A stretch of 64,000 bases of DNA from Vermamoeba vermiformis (GCA_045837725.1 JBEWZL010000216.1:124001-188000); one strand, 5' to 3'; numbered from the stretch's first letter, positions 40,023-53,876 are shown. The notes: generated by a model from the letters alone, not told the origin. Numbers and translations: made by a program.

Positions 40023-41852
40023 CTATATTTGCAAGATTTTCTTTGTTATAAATTCAAAATTTGGCGTACCAGGCTCCTTCAAAAATTTGAAGATCAACAT
40101 CCAGACGTCTCGAGGAACTCTTTCTAACAATGCTCCATCTCTCTTAATATTATGCAATATCACTGCTATATCTCTACGTCTTTCTAGTTGGTACCGTTTG
40201 TTCTCATTTGTGTAGCGCTCCATTTTCAGACCGTATCCAACAGAAAAGTCCGTGAGCGTTCTGTTAACTTTGAATAAATCTTCAAAATACTCCTCATGAA
40301 TATCAGTAGATTCTAAATTAAGTCTAAGTTGTAGCTTCGACAAAGTACTGTTGATCTTCAACACTTCTTTCAACCGATCGAGGTCGGCTCTGTTATTTGG
40401 CCAAATAACATAGGTTAATGATACACTCGTTAAAGTCGTGTTTTTAACCAATAAGTTTGCGACGTCTTCCAAACTTGGCGCATTTGGAGTTTCCAATTGG
40501 ACATCAAAATAAATTTCTTCGAGCGTCATATTTTTTGAAATATGGTCCAATAATCTACGCCAATCCTGAATATCATTTCCTTGAATTGTGATCGATGTAA
40601 GTGTTCGGTTCTCATCCAAAATAGACAAAAGTCCGAGTTCGGTCAGATCCACTTGCCATCCGCGAAACCAAAACTTCTTAATCGATCTGTTTTTCTTCAA
40701 CGCGTGCATTACCCTCTTAATATAAGCTTCGTCGTCAAATTGCGGATTTCTACTATGAATACAGAAGTCTTCGCAAATGAATTCCGTTAAAGTAGTGTTG
40801 GTCTCAAGCATTTCGGCAAAGCTTTTGAGGCCTGATTCCTCCATAACAGTATCATATTGTTTGCAAATATTCAGTACTTTGATACTTTTGTTCGTTTTTA
40901 ATGCATCAAAGAGCATCCACATTCGCTGCGGATCATGTTTTGCAATTTGAATTTCCTCGATCGATTGATTTCTTTTGAGACCTTCGCAAAGTCCTATATA
41001 AACATTCGTATTAAGTGTCACTTTTCTTAATCTCAGATTTTTCAAATTGGAGTTTTCTATTGCCATCGAGAACGCTAGCACTTGATGTTGATCGATACTG
41101 AAGTCGTCAATGTCTAGGATCCGAATCGTCTTGTTATTTTGTAGCATTTCTCTAAATTCCGCCGGACAGAAATTATAGCTGTCTATTCTCGGGCAGTTGA
41201 GTTTTGTTATTGATTGGTTTAATTTAAGTGCATTGAAAAAGTTCTGCATCTGCGTCAAAGTAAGACTTGCACTTGAACAATTCAATCTCTTAATATTCTT
41301 GTTGATAGATATTCCATCCATGATTATATTGAATAACGCGTTTGCCTTAAAATCTTCAGTTGGTGCATTAGATTTAAAATTTAATTTGAATCCTTTCGCT
41401 GCATTTGCTATTCCTTCAGCAATATTTAGACACCCCATATCACTATCTGATATGGCTACTGGCATAGTAATACTAGCCAAGTAATGCTCGCCGGAGATCA
41501 GTATTTTTTTGAGCTCGGCACATCCTTCAGCAGACTGCTTGCTTTCAATATTTAAATGCGTCGCACTTTGGGATCCGCGACTTCTAATGCTTTTTATGTA
41601 AGTCGCTGCGTGCGGTGCCTTTTCTTCGTTGATTGTAATGGATCCAGAATTACGGCAGCGCTCTAATGCACCCCATTCCGTTTTTTGGCTGTACTGCAAA
41701 TTAATATTAATTAATACAATATTATTTAAATTAATTAAAATAATTCCTGGCTCTCAAAACTTGCATCTGGTTTTTACCTTCGTGCAATCCTCGCAAAAGT
41801 ACAGCTCGTGGCCTATATACTTCACTATTCCACCACAAAAAGGGCATTTCAT
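40023..41852 (-). CDS. Zn-ribbon + RNI-like LRR protein with a C-terminal F-box-like motif (2 exons)
   Basis: Exon 1 (41852-41778) MKCPFCGGIVKYIGHELYFCEDCTK splices in phase 0 to the long ORF at 41693. It has many NxSI/NxTL..L repeats and a C-terminal RVPRDVWMLIFKFL. Confidence 0.8.
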
Positions 41853-42245
41853 GATTAATTCGATTATCGAGTCCGTTGTGGTTCTAGATTCGGTCAGACA
41901 TTTTTGACTGAAAAAATTGACCAAGCGTTGAACTATGTTCCAGACAATATTAACAAAAAATGCATAATATTATACAAGAGAATTCATTTTTACCGAACGA
42001 ACATTGCGGCTAATCTTAAAAAGAATTGGACCAGATCGCATCCAAACAAACAACAATACCCGGGAGGTCAATGTTTTTGTCAAGTAATTTAATGAATATT
42101 AGCTATGTACAGGATGTAATGTATATGAATTGAGGACCTCCGAAAAACGTTCAAGGATTGTACATCCAGGTAATGAACTGGTCCGGGACACCTTTAGCAA
42201 ATTAGCGAACGCTTATAATAGAAATATTTATTTGAAGAATAATTT

Positions 42246-43052
42246 TTACGATATTTCAATATTATTCTCTATCGGATTAATATTGAGCAATGTTATTAAA
42301 TGCCAAAGAAAAGCTTCGTAGATGTACCAAGCGAAATGTGGAAGGAGTGAATAGTCGTCGTTACATACTCAATGCAAAGCCCTTGCATTTGGCAACGAAG
42401 TATGCCGCTAGAAGATTGAGAATGGCCAAGACAAGATCCGGAAGCACGCGCACGTCGATCACGTTAGCTAACCTTGTAGGAATACCATTTTGAATAATTC
42501 GCAATACGTTTACCTATTAATAATACTATTAGTGATATGTCCTTAAATTGAAATCGTAGAAAGCGTACCAGACCGAGAATTAAAAATTCAGTCGATCGAA
42601 GGGATGCAGGGCTACGTCGCAAACGGAATAACGATAAAACAGCCATAGCCAAGTATCCAAAGTTGCTAAGATTAGGTTTGAATACTTGATCACGCGAGAC
42701 TGGTTGTCCTAATCACGAGTAAGCGAAAAGTTTTTTCGTGGGATCTGAGAACTCACCATTGCGCTTTAATGCAAAGTAATTATATACGGCATGCCAAAGA
42801 GCGTTTAGCGTCATGATTGAGCCTCCATATTTTATTAACGAAGGAGTGTAAACACCCATAGCTGAGCAAAATAAAAAGTCAGATCCGCGTACTTGCAAGA
42901 GAAACTATTTCTACAATAGCCTAAACAGCTTATATATATTATTGGCATTATTGAATTTTATCGAGCAAATAATAAAAGAATAAAGAATTGAGCTACGTAC
43001 CATTATTTACTTCGATCGAGCCGATCACGACTTCTGTAATTGAATCTGTCAT
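42246..43052 (-). CDS. Hypothetical multi-exon small membrane protein
   Basis: A chain of short GT-AG-bounded exons joins in frame (MTDSITEVVIG...LNALWHAVYNY...DLVLAILNLLAAYFVAK...NNIEIS*). No family recognised. Confidence 0.45.
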
Positions 43053-44229
43053 CGTTCTTCGCAACAATTGAAGTTATATTGTTCTTATATGACGCAATGT
43101 GTTGCTTATTAGTGTATTTGATTTACTTTTGAATACTTTAGGCCTTGGGAACTCGTCGCAACCTTTGCGCGATAAAAAACGAAACAATTTCAATCTAAAT
43201 TTCATTGAACTGTCTCAAAAAAAGCCTAGAGTGGTTATTATGGACAGAGGTTTGCGCAACCAGCCCAGTGGGTGGTGTTTGGGCCAGACTGTTTTGATGT
43301 CGAAAATAAAACAAATGAAACTTTCAAAAAAATTAAATAATCATAATATTCAAAAAAGGTACGCATATATGAGAGATATAGCTCAATATTAGAAATAATT
43401 ACGTCCTTCCAATTTTCTGACCTGAATCAGCATCCGGAAAATTAGCCGCTTACCACTCTCCTTCTTGACCGCCATATCATCAGTCTTACATATTCAAACC
43501 GCGTTGTACAGGTTGGCGCTCTTCGGTCGGTGGTGGAATAACAAGGGTCTTTCGTGTTGGTACCGTTACAAACATTCAATTTAATGCCCGCGTAAATAAC
43601 AACAGCTGCTGGATATCCCTGGTGAGCTTTATAGACCAAAGTAAATCCTTCAGTTTCCGTGTCATATGATGCAGGGGAATGAAGAATAAGAAGGGGAGTT
43701 GAAGAAGAGCTCGAGCTCCAGGCATCCCGGATGTCTCGCAGTAATATATTATTACAATAGCCGTAGGGTGTCCACGTACGTAACTTGATTTAATTACGAG
43801 GGCCACCAATTATAGATGAATTTTGAAGTTTTTACAATATTTTTGAATCTGGCAACCATTTTGAGCTGGTCGCGGTGGTCTTCGTGGAGTCACTTACCAA
43901 AGCTTCGTGGCTTACACTGGCATATTCAACATGAGTGCCTTTGAAGAGTGTCAGGATGCATTATGCAGAAGAAATCCGACTCGCATCTTTCAGGCTTTAC
44001 TTAAAGTTTAACCGCTCACACGTTTAACTTGTCGTGCTGCTATTTTTGGGCCTATCACATTAAATTTCGTTGCTGCTGTTTCATTTAACACCATTTTTAG
44101 AAGCGTGCTTACCGTATTAGCTCATACTTGCTCACGCCGTATGACGACTTACTGGAAGGCAACCGACATAAATAACATTTGCGAATTTTTAGCACAAAGA
44201 GTACCACGTCAACAGCTGCAACTCAAACA

Positions 44230-45861
44230 ATGAACTGGATTTGGATTTCTTTCAGCGTTTTACTCTTGCTCAGCTCTCCAGCTCTTACTGCACCGTTTAG
44301 TAAAGGAAATATCCTTGTCCTTAAAACAACAGCTTTTGGTAAGTCGAAGAGGCATAATGAAACGATAGTAGACAAAGCTTAACAGCCTGTTTCTGGTGCA
44401 GATGGCGTTTCAGCGTTCGGCCCTGGATTCGTTCAAGAAAGAACTATCGAAGGAGATCTTGTGCAAGAAGTCGCCTTGCCAACAGTAACAAAGTAAGTCC
44501 TAGTATTCAGATGCGCGGGTCTTCGAAAATTTTAAACTCGATCTGAATCTAGATTATCCAACTACGTACCATTATTAACAAATCTATTTCTAATAGCGCT
44601 AGCGGTCCTGCATGCCTCGTCTTGAACAACTTCTATCAAAGTATGATGAACATAGATACTGAAGGCTCACGCGCCATTATTCCTTGTTATGTCCCGACAG
44701 ATGTGGTAGACCAGTACAACCTCGGATTTGGGCTAATCTACGCTAATGGCACGTTCGAAGTCAGTACCGTGCTGGCAGGCGACATCTTTGCTAGGACTCC
44801 TATAGCCTTCAATGCAGTTTTGGACGGTGAGCGCATCTACTTCGCTACCGACTTTTATCAAACGCGAATGACCACTATTGGAGCGACAAATTCGACTATC
44901 ATATTAGAAAACGATGCGATGTACCTGCAAATATTCAACGGCGACTTGTACTGCTCAAACTTCGAAGATCTTGCGGATGGACTGATGCGGTTCGGATCTG
45001 GCTTACCAACTGAGCCTACTTCGACTCTGAATAACTACTTGAACAACCCTGTATCAGTTAATGGCTTCAATTTCGTCAATAACAACTCGCTATACCTGGT
45101 GGAAATCAACAAAATCCACAAATACTGGATCGAGAACGACATCCCGCTACTCAACGCAAGTCTGTCGTCTGATTATTTGAGCTTTAATTACCTCTCTGCC
45201 CTCCCTCAAGATGATGGCTCCGTGGTGGTATTCGTTGGTTCTTCAAATGGAACTTTCGACAAAACTGGCTACACGCAGATTTGGAAGCTTGTGGACAACG
45301 GATCGGCGTTTGACTTCGCGGTGATGAATTCACTTGAGTCTAACAACGATTATACCTTCAAGTCTCCTATTATCGCTCCGTACATAAAGCACTGCTACGA
45401 CGGCAAGAAGAGTGGAGACGAATCTGACGTTGATTGCGGTGGATCTTGCAACGAAAAATGCGATGTTGGACAAAGCTGCAATGAAGATTTAGATTGCGTT
45501 GATGGCATCTATTGCGTTGCACAAATTTGTGGTACGTAAATAGCAGCTCTATTTCGGGATTTCTTCGGGAGATTCATGGGAGATTTTCAATTTCCAATTC
45601 AAATTCCGAAACCCGCAAAACTTTTTAAACTCCAAAAACCCTTACCAATCAATTACCACAGCCGCCAACCCCAACCCGGCCATGGAACCGATCATCATCA
45701 ACGTGCCTCTCGCTTCTCCAAGCGCATCTAGTAACTCGCCAGCTAAAGTTTCGACAAGCGGTTCGCCCTCGATTTTCTCCAATTTTTTCAATTCAATCCT
45801 TATGTTAATAGTGTATAATATCGCCATTTATTACTTCTTTGTATTATTAAATAAAATTTAA
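44230..45861 (+). CDS. Secreted, probably GPI-anchored surface protein: beta-rich domain + Cys-rich DCGG module
   Basis: Signal peptide, then APFSKGNILVL...LVQEVALPT, then CYDGKKSGDESDVDCGGSC...CDVGQSC. The last exon (45662-45861) adds a Ser/Pro linker and a hydrophobic C-terminus. Confidence 0.75.
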
Positions 45862-46403
45862 CTTGCCAATAGCGAAAATGAAACGTAAATTACTAAAATT
45901 AGCCAAAATTCAAAAAATATCTACACAACGATCCTTGGATAAATACGATCCTACTAAATTCATGTGATTTCATTAGGTGGTAAGCAATCAAGGTGACCTG
46001 TCAATTTTTGATCGGGATTCTTGTCTAATTTTAATTTGTGCTTTTATCTAACTGTCTTTATTTTGATTTAGAGTCACGAATTAAATTATTATCAAGTTTA
46101 CGCTTGGTTTGCCGATCTCAAAGGAATGGTAAGTTGCCAAACTACATGATCTTGGATGGACTGCTACAGTTAATTGCAGATTCATCCACCTAGGCTAAAA
46201 TCATTACGGTAATACTCATAATTACGGTGCGCTACTATATTTAGTCCAACTAAAGTTGCAAATAAGACAACGAAAACTACGAACGGCGAACAAAAACGGA
46301 TCCCTTGTGATGTGGGCACGGTTCGAAGAATATTCGTTTATTTCTATTTACAGTTGCAGGTAAAATTAGGAAGGACACGTTTATCGACGTTTAATGGACG
46401 GAT

Positions 46404-46631
46404 CTATTGCGACTTCACTTCCTTTCTGTAGATCTTCTTGCCGGCAGTGATCATTTTCTCTTTGCTCCAATCATAAGCTTTCTTAGGGAATGTAGTTACG
46501 CATTCCCACGACACTTTGTCGAATTTTGCTTTCCACTCAGGAATGCAGAACAGCTTCTTCGTACATCCACTTTGTGGAACTTGTGTAGCCTCAGTACTCT
46601 TAGTATTCGGGTTGGTCGTATTATTTTCCAT
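46404..46631 (-). CDS. Hypothetical 75-aa protein
   Basis: ATG-initiated ORF with protein-like composition. No homology recognised. Confidence 0.35.
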   Translation of the reverse strand: MENNTTNPNTKSTEATQVPQSGCTKKLFCIPEWKAKFDKVSWECVTTFPKKAYDWSKEKMITAGKKIYRKEVKSQ

Positions 46632-47108
46632 CTGTGGGTAGTACTCTAAAGCCAGTTTTCAATGTAAGTGACAGTTTGCACGAGGCAGTTTTATGTTTTC
46701 CTCGTGAACTTAGGGCGAGTTTACGGGATGCAAACTAGCCTCACCAAGAGATTCATGCTCTTTACGATGAATTCACTATTTAATTAATTTGATACTCGGC
46801 AATGCATCTTTAGAACTTAGTGCTCCTATCACTGACTGGATCGCAGCAGGTGTTTTTTAAGGCTGCGCTGAGATTAAAAATATCAACGATGTTACGAACA
46901 ACCAACAGCCGCAATATTTACGAAAATTAATAGTATAAAATTGCCGAAGAAGCAGCCAGAGCGATTGACTAGTTTGTTCTAGAACCTATGTTCCCGAACA
47001 GTCAGCCGACGAATGTTCAACAGAAAAATCTAACTGGGGCCAATTTCTGTTTAGCAAATTTCGAGACATTAGAATACCACAGTTCTATTGTTATATTTAA
47101 TAGACAAC

Positions 47109-49741
47109 ATGCGTGCCTCGATTGCTGCTATTTTGTTGGCCATTCTGTTCGTGGATGCCGCTTTCGGTTTCTACACCGTCACTCAAATGAAGGCTAAGCA
47201 CAAGAGACGCCAAGCCTTGTTTGCCAAGCACAATTACAAGCGTGTTCCCGAACAATACTTCGAGCAAAAGTTGGATCACTTCTTGTTGCAAGATACCAGA
47301 ACTTGGAAACAACGTTATTTTATCGATACCTCTTATTGGAACGGTCAAGGTAAATTTATTTGTAATATTATTTTGATTAGATTTAATTTATTTAAATTTA
47401 TTGATTATTTTTCTAACCGTTATTTATCAATCCAGGCCCGATCTTCTTCCAAGTCGGCGGTGAAGGTGCTATCTCCGATGCTGATATTGAGTTGCTTCAA
47501 ATGAACAACTACGGTCGTACATACGGTGCTTTGCTCGTTGCTTTGGGTAAGCGATCAACCAGCCAATCCAATTTCGGTCGAAGTTTCAAACAAGAATATT
47601 TTGAGATACGAACGTTCAAATGAATTTATACTCATATGATGCTACTTTTAGAGCACAGATTTTACGGCAAGAGCCAGCCTTTCCCTGGAGATCTTTCAAC
47701 TCCCAACTTGAACTACTTGACCTCTCAACAAGCTTTGGCCGATGCTGCTACCTTTATCCGTTGGATCCAAAACCAATACAATGCTTCTAACTCTCAAGTG
47801 ATCACTTTTGGCTGCTCTTATCCTGGTAAGCAAAGCCGCTCCTGATCTTCTCGACCGTTACATGAGGCTACACATCCTCATTTAAAGATCAATTTACTTC
47901 GTCGAGCATATATACGACGTGTATATTAACGATAGATGACAGGTAACCTTGCAGCATGGTTCAGATTGAAGTACCCGACCATCACTGCGGGATCTGTTGC
48001 TTCAAGCGCTCCTGTTCAAGCTACTGCTGTAAGTACCGATTATAAGATACCTATAATACCGATTAAACAACATATATATGCAAATACGTGCATAGAAACA
48101 TGCGGTCTTAATTTCCTAAATTCCGTTTCGGATCGAGATCCTTCACAAGCGTTTGAGCAAACTTGATTTATTTTATCTGGTTCATACTAATCATATCGCT
48201 GAATAGGATATGTTCCAATACTTGGAAGTCGTCGACCGTTCTTTGGCCAACTTCACTGGTCCCAAGTGCGATCAGTTGATCCAACAAGCCACCAACCAAA
48301 TTGAGAGCATGTTGCAGACCGCTTCGGGCAAGAGACAAGTTGAGAGTAAGTATTGATATATGAGGAGGATTTATTAAGGGGATTGGGAAAGTGAAAGTAC
48401 ACTCGAAAATTCTTGCCAACGCATCCGTATTTTTTCTTCATATCGTCATTAATTGGCCTTAGTTACGTACAAATATTACACCAATATTAATCGTATTCGT
48501 TCATAGAAATGTTCAAGACTTGCGCTCCTCTCGTTGGTCCTAAGGACGTTAGCACTTTGATGTCCAATCTTATGGGCAACTGGATGGGTACCGTTCAATA
48601 CGTAAGTTACAATATGCAGTATTAAATCCATGGCATACGAAATTAGCCGCTTAATTGTTTTTTGCTCGGAGATCCGAAGTTCGCGTACTGACCTGGATCT
48701 TGCTTCTTTAGAACGATGAGAACGAGAATCCCATCGACATCAACTACTTGTGCAACATTATGACCTCTGCTGATAACGCCATGGACGGCTACGTTCAAGT
48801 CAACAACATTATGTTGGAGTCTCAAGGTCAATCCTGCCAAGATGTTTCTTACCAAGATATGGTCATGCAAATGAACTCTACTGTCGTCGACAACAACGGT
48901 GGTGTTGGTATTAGACAATGGGTCTACCAAACTTGCTTCGAGTTCGGTTACTTCCAAACTACCGGTACGCATCCAAATCTTGCCAAATCTCCGAATTTTT
49001 TTTGCTTTTGTGCCGATTCCCTTCTCATATCCTCAGTCTAACTCCTTACGTAACATACATTAATTGGATCTATTTCTTTAGACGGTGCCAACCAACCTTT
49101 CGGCAATTTGGTTCCTTTGTCCTACTACACGGATCTGTGCCGCGATGTCTACGGCCTCGAATTCATTCCTAGCCGCATTGATGACACCAACACTTACTAT
49201 GGAGGCCATGATATCCCTGCTAACGGTCCCACTAACATTTTGTTCGTCAATGGTGAGATCGATCCTTGGCACTCATTGGGCATCACTTGGGACATCAGCC
49301 CGACCTTGTTGCACATCTTGATCGATGGTAAGTGTCTAATATACTATATTTATAGTATTACTATAACGTATAATGACGTTTTAAGTCGGCTCTAGTCTAA
49401 CGGATCGCGTGATCCAAAACATTTTTGATAATCCATTCGTTGTCCTATTTATTGCTTGTTGAAGCTAATTATTAGCTTCTGTATTTCTACTATATCTATT
49501 GCTGGCTAACCCTCTATAATAACCATTCATTTATTGTACGAGCGAAACACCAGCATAGATGTTGAAACAAAACGCAATTGCCATTTTTTTAATTATTGAA
49601 TTGCGTCAAATTACTAATACTATTCGTATTATAGATACTGCTCACTGCGCCAACGTTTTGCCCGATGATGCTAGCGACCCTGCTGATCTTCGTGCCGCTC
49701 GTCAACTCACCTCCAAGATCATTGGTACTTGGTTGCACTAA
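47109..49741 (+). CDS. Secreted/lysosomal serine peptidase, family S28
   Basis: Signal peptide, QKLDHF, GGEG, EHRFYGKSQP, SQQALAD, nucleophile FGCSYPG, ASSAPV, RQWVYQTCFEFGYFQT, NGEIDPW and TAHC. Confidence 0.93.
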
Positions 49742-49945
49742 ACTGATTCTTTTGTTCAACGAATGATAAATAAACTTACTGTTTGAGCAATAATGTCAAA
49801 GCAAATAATTTAACGAGATCTCCAGTTCCTGGGAAGCACGTGGTCCGTCCGTTATGATTATTTCGCCTAATTTTGCATTTTTATTGTGTGCGGTGCCAAC
49901 CAACATGACATTACTGTAAAGAAGGTACATAATAATAGATACATA

Positions 49946-51561
49946 ATGGAAGACATTCCTGCGATCGTAATAGATAACGGATCTGGTAAGACTTACTAAA
50001 TGAATTTACTGCGCAAATATTTTTTAAAATGCTCCTAGCAAACTATTAAATTGGTTAACGAATCAGCAAGCAAAATTAAATTACTGCGTGCTCGCCTAAA
50101 ATAAATTTTGAATTAAAGGCATAATTATGTTAAAAATTACTTCCAGTCCAACCGACGATAATTTTAATAATTAATGTAGGATATATTCGTTCTGGTTATG
50201 CGGGCGATGATGCGCCACGAAGTGTGATGCAAAATGTACTTGGATTTCCTCGTCAAATCGCTGCAATGGTCGGACATACGTACCAATCCTCGTGTAAGCT
50301 TTAAAAATAATTATTATAAACATTATTAAGCTTAATATTTAAAATTTTAACAGACGTTGGAGATGCAGCTCAAGCTTACCGAGGAATTCTTGCCTTAAGA
50401 TACCCTATTGAACACGGCTACGTTAGAGATTGGGAGGCTATGGAAACCATGCTAGAATTTGTATATGAACGAGAATTGCGCGTTAAGCCTGACGCACAAC
50501 CGTTGCTTTTAACTATTCCAACGCTAAATCCAGACAAGCAACGAGACAAATGGTACGACTCGTTATTTGAGAAGTTCGACATACCAGCAGCAAAATTGGA
50601 AATTCAGCCAATGTTATCAGTATATGCTAGCGGAAGAAACACGGCAATGGTGCTTGAGATCGGTAAATCCAAAAACCATCGTTATTTTATTTCCTATTAA
50701 CGATCATATTAAGGCGATGGTGTGATGCAAACATATCCTGTATGTAATGGATATACGATTCCTACTGCCATTACTCGATATAACTTCGGTGGACGAGATC
50801 TGACTAAACATTTGGTGAATTTGCTCCGAGAACGAGGGTACGAAAGATATAAACGGATATTTATGATTAATATATTGTTATAGGCACTATTTTGAATCAT
50901 CTTCTGACTTGGAGCAAGTAAGAATGATTAAAGAGCAGATCTGTTATGTAGCGTTGGATTTCAAGACCGAACTTGAAGCTGCTTTATGTTCCACTAGTCT
51001 CGAAAAAACGTTTGCACTCAATGATGGACATGAAATATTGCTTAGTAAGTTTAAAATCGAAATTGATAGCCCACATTCGTCGTGTGACGGCAAATATGCT
51101 TACGTAACACATCCACCGTCAGATCTGCAACTTTCAAAGCAATTGATTACGAATACAATATATTTATTGATTATATTGATACAGATAACGAACGGTTCAG
51201 AGTTGCAGAAGTGTTGTTCCAGCCGGATCTGATCGGTCGCGAAGCGCCAGGCATTCATGAGCTAGTATTCAATGCTATACAAAAATGCCCCAAGGACCTA
51301 CAAAATTCTTTTTATGGAAATGTCGTAGTGTCTGGCGGAGTATCGATGTTTCCTGGATTCGCCGATCGGCTAACTAAAGAGCTGATTAATTTAGCGCCAG
51401 CAATCAGCAAAATTAAAATAATAGCTCCTCCTGAACGTAAATTTTCCGCTTGGATCGGTGGCTCTATATTAGCTTCTTTATCGACGTACCAGCAACATTG
51501 GGTCAGCCGCGAGGAATATATGGAGTGCGGACTGTCTGGACGTCGATGTACGCCTTGGTAA
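49946..51561 (+). CDS. Divergent actin-like protein 1
   Basis: [27 protein letters not shown] and [21 protein letters not shown]. Many substitutions relative to conventional actin. Confidence 0.9.
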
Positions 51562-51875
51562 TAATCACAAGCACTCTTATTAATAATGTATTATATTAAA
51601 ATAAATCAAATTTGGCAATTTTGTAGCAGATGCTTAGTTACGAACTAGCACAGGCAGCATTCTGAAGGTTTAGCAACTTCAAGGAAGAGGTCAAGATGTT
51701 GACTCCGCACAGTTGTCACTATAGTGGTAAGTCAGTAGTCTAGTCCTTCGTCGTTGGCTGCCCAGGGTCCTAGCAGAATTTCGACGAAATTCACTGAAGG
51801 TTGCGTTTTCCGTTCACTCATTTTTGAACCGTTAAGCTACCAAAGCACTACGATCATTTATTGCATATAATAATC

Positions 51876-53876
51876 ATGGGAGAAGAGCCTCAGACTATTG
51901 TAATCGACAACGGATCATGTAAGTCCAAATTTTGTGTTCAATTCAATTTTTTTATTCTGTAATTATTAATCACAATAAATTATTATTGATATTTTTGCGT
52001 CATGACGCACAGAATGAACAATAAATTTAAAATTCCCCATCCCGAATAATTTAAGAATTCCAAAATTACGCCATCGAATGCCGTATATATCAGCAATATT
52101 ATTCTATACTTATGTCGTTATTATAATTAATTTTACGGCTTATTGGTCTATATTATTAATAAAATCTTGATCTAACGCCTTTATTTTGCAGGCACATTGA
52201 AGGCCGGTTTTGCTGGCGATGATGCTCCTCGCTCTGTATTTCCTAATATAGTAGGAAGACCACGACAAATCCCCGTAATGGTCGGGTTAGGCCAGCGCGA
52301 CTCTTGTAAGATCAGATTCGAAAATTTAAAATCTTGAAGCATTAACAATATGGCCTTAGATGTCGGTGATGAAGCACAATCACAAAGGGGACTATCAACT
52401 CTAAAATATCCTATTAACCACGGTAATTTCAAGCTTATAATTTAGATCCGGATCCGTTGCGAAGTAGTGACTTTACGCTAACTTTTATCTATTACTAGGC
52501 ATCGTTAATAACTGGGACGATATGGAAAAGATATGGCACCACACCTTCTATAATGAGCTTAGAATAGCACCTGAAGAACATTCCATTATTATTACAGAAC
52601 CCGTCTTGAACCCGAAGGCCAACCGCGAAAAAATGGCGATGATCTTGTTCGAAACTTTCGCTGTTCCTGCCATTAATATATCTATTGGTGGTGTGCTAGC
52701 ACTTTATTCCGCTGGTCGTTCTACTGGCCTTGTCGTCGAGTCAGGTAGGTCCTATCAAATTTTTCACTGAACGGTCAATATTTGGATCCGTTAAAGCTGA
52801 TTCCGGATTGGTCAAATGCTTAATTTATTATTTTTTTAATAATTTCTTAGCAAAATTAACAATTTAAACTCGTTCATATTTTGATCGATTTGGATTGCGT
52901 GGAGTGATGTTCCGAGGAACCAATCTCAATACCCAGGAAAGATTAAGGACCTAATCATACTTATTCTTAATATAGGTGACGGTGTTACATATACCATGCC
53001 TGTTTCTGAAGGACGAGCTGTTTCTAGCGCCATCAATCGAATTGATCTAGGCGGAAGAGATTTGACCACGCACTTGGTTCGATTGCTCACTGAACGAGGG
53101 TAAGTAATCTTTGCAACAATTTTTATCAAATTTATTATTAAGAAGCTGAAAACCGATCACTATGGGAAATTTGGCGGTTCACTGAACGAAATTTCTAGAT
53201 CTGATCAGTTTTTTTTCAGTGATTGAGACTAGTCTAACCTTTCTAAATATAGATACTACTTTGATACGACAGCAGACTTTGAGTGCGTGCGAGACATTAA
53301 AGAAAAGCTCAGTTACACCGCGTTTGATTTCGAACAAGATCTGCAATTGGCGCTGTGCTCTGCTTCGCTTGAAAAGTCTTATGAATTGCCTGATTGCAAT
53401 GTAATTACTATTGGTGAGTATATTTATATAGCTTTTATTTCCTTAAATGGAAAAGACAGCGTAGATATTTTTTTTCACGGATCTAATTTTTCTTTTCCTT
53501 TTTAGGCGACGAAAGATTCCGATGTACCGAGCCGATGTTCAAACCTTCCTTATTAGGCAAAGAACTTATGGGCGTTCATGAAATGGTCTACGACACCATT
53601 CAAAAAGTTGACACGGATCTGCGTCGAGACATGCAAGGCAATATTGTCTTGTCTGGCGGCAACACTATGATCACCGGATTTGCAGATCGTTTGCACAAAG
53701 AACTTACAGATTTATTGCCCGCCGGATCCATGTTAAGAATCGTTGCCCCACCTGAACGAAAATACTCGGCTTGGATCGGCGGATCGATCTTGGGCTCGTT
53801 ATCGACTATGCGTTATATGACTAAGGAAGAGTACGATGAGAACGGTCCTACTTATACTCACCAAAAATTCTTTTAG
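51876..53876 (+). CDS. Divergent actin-like protein 2
   Basis: [41 protein letters not shown] and [15 protein letters not shown]. Shares several intron positions with the upstream copy. Confidence 0.9.

Noticed and set aside
47800-47830. GCSYPG instead of GGSYxG in the S28 peptidase as a sign of inactivity
   Set aside because: The catalytic Ser, Asp (DPW) and His (AHC) are all present, and the substitution is at a variable position.
51700-51790. tRNA-like A-box (ctatagtggtaag) between the two actin genes
   Set aside because: No B-box (GTTCRA), no acceptor stem and no cloverleaf can be built.
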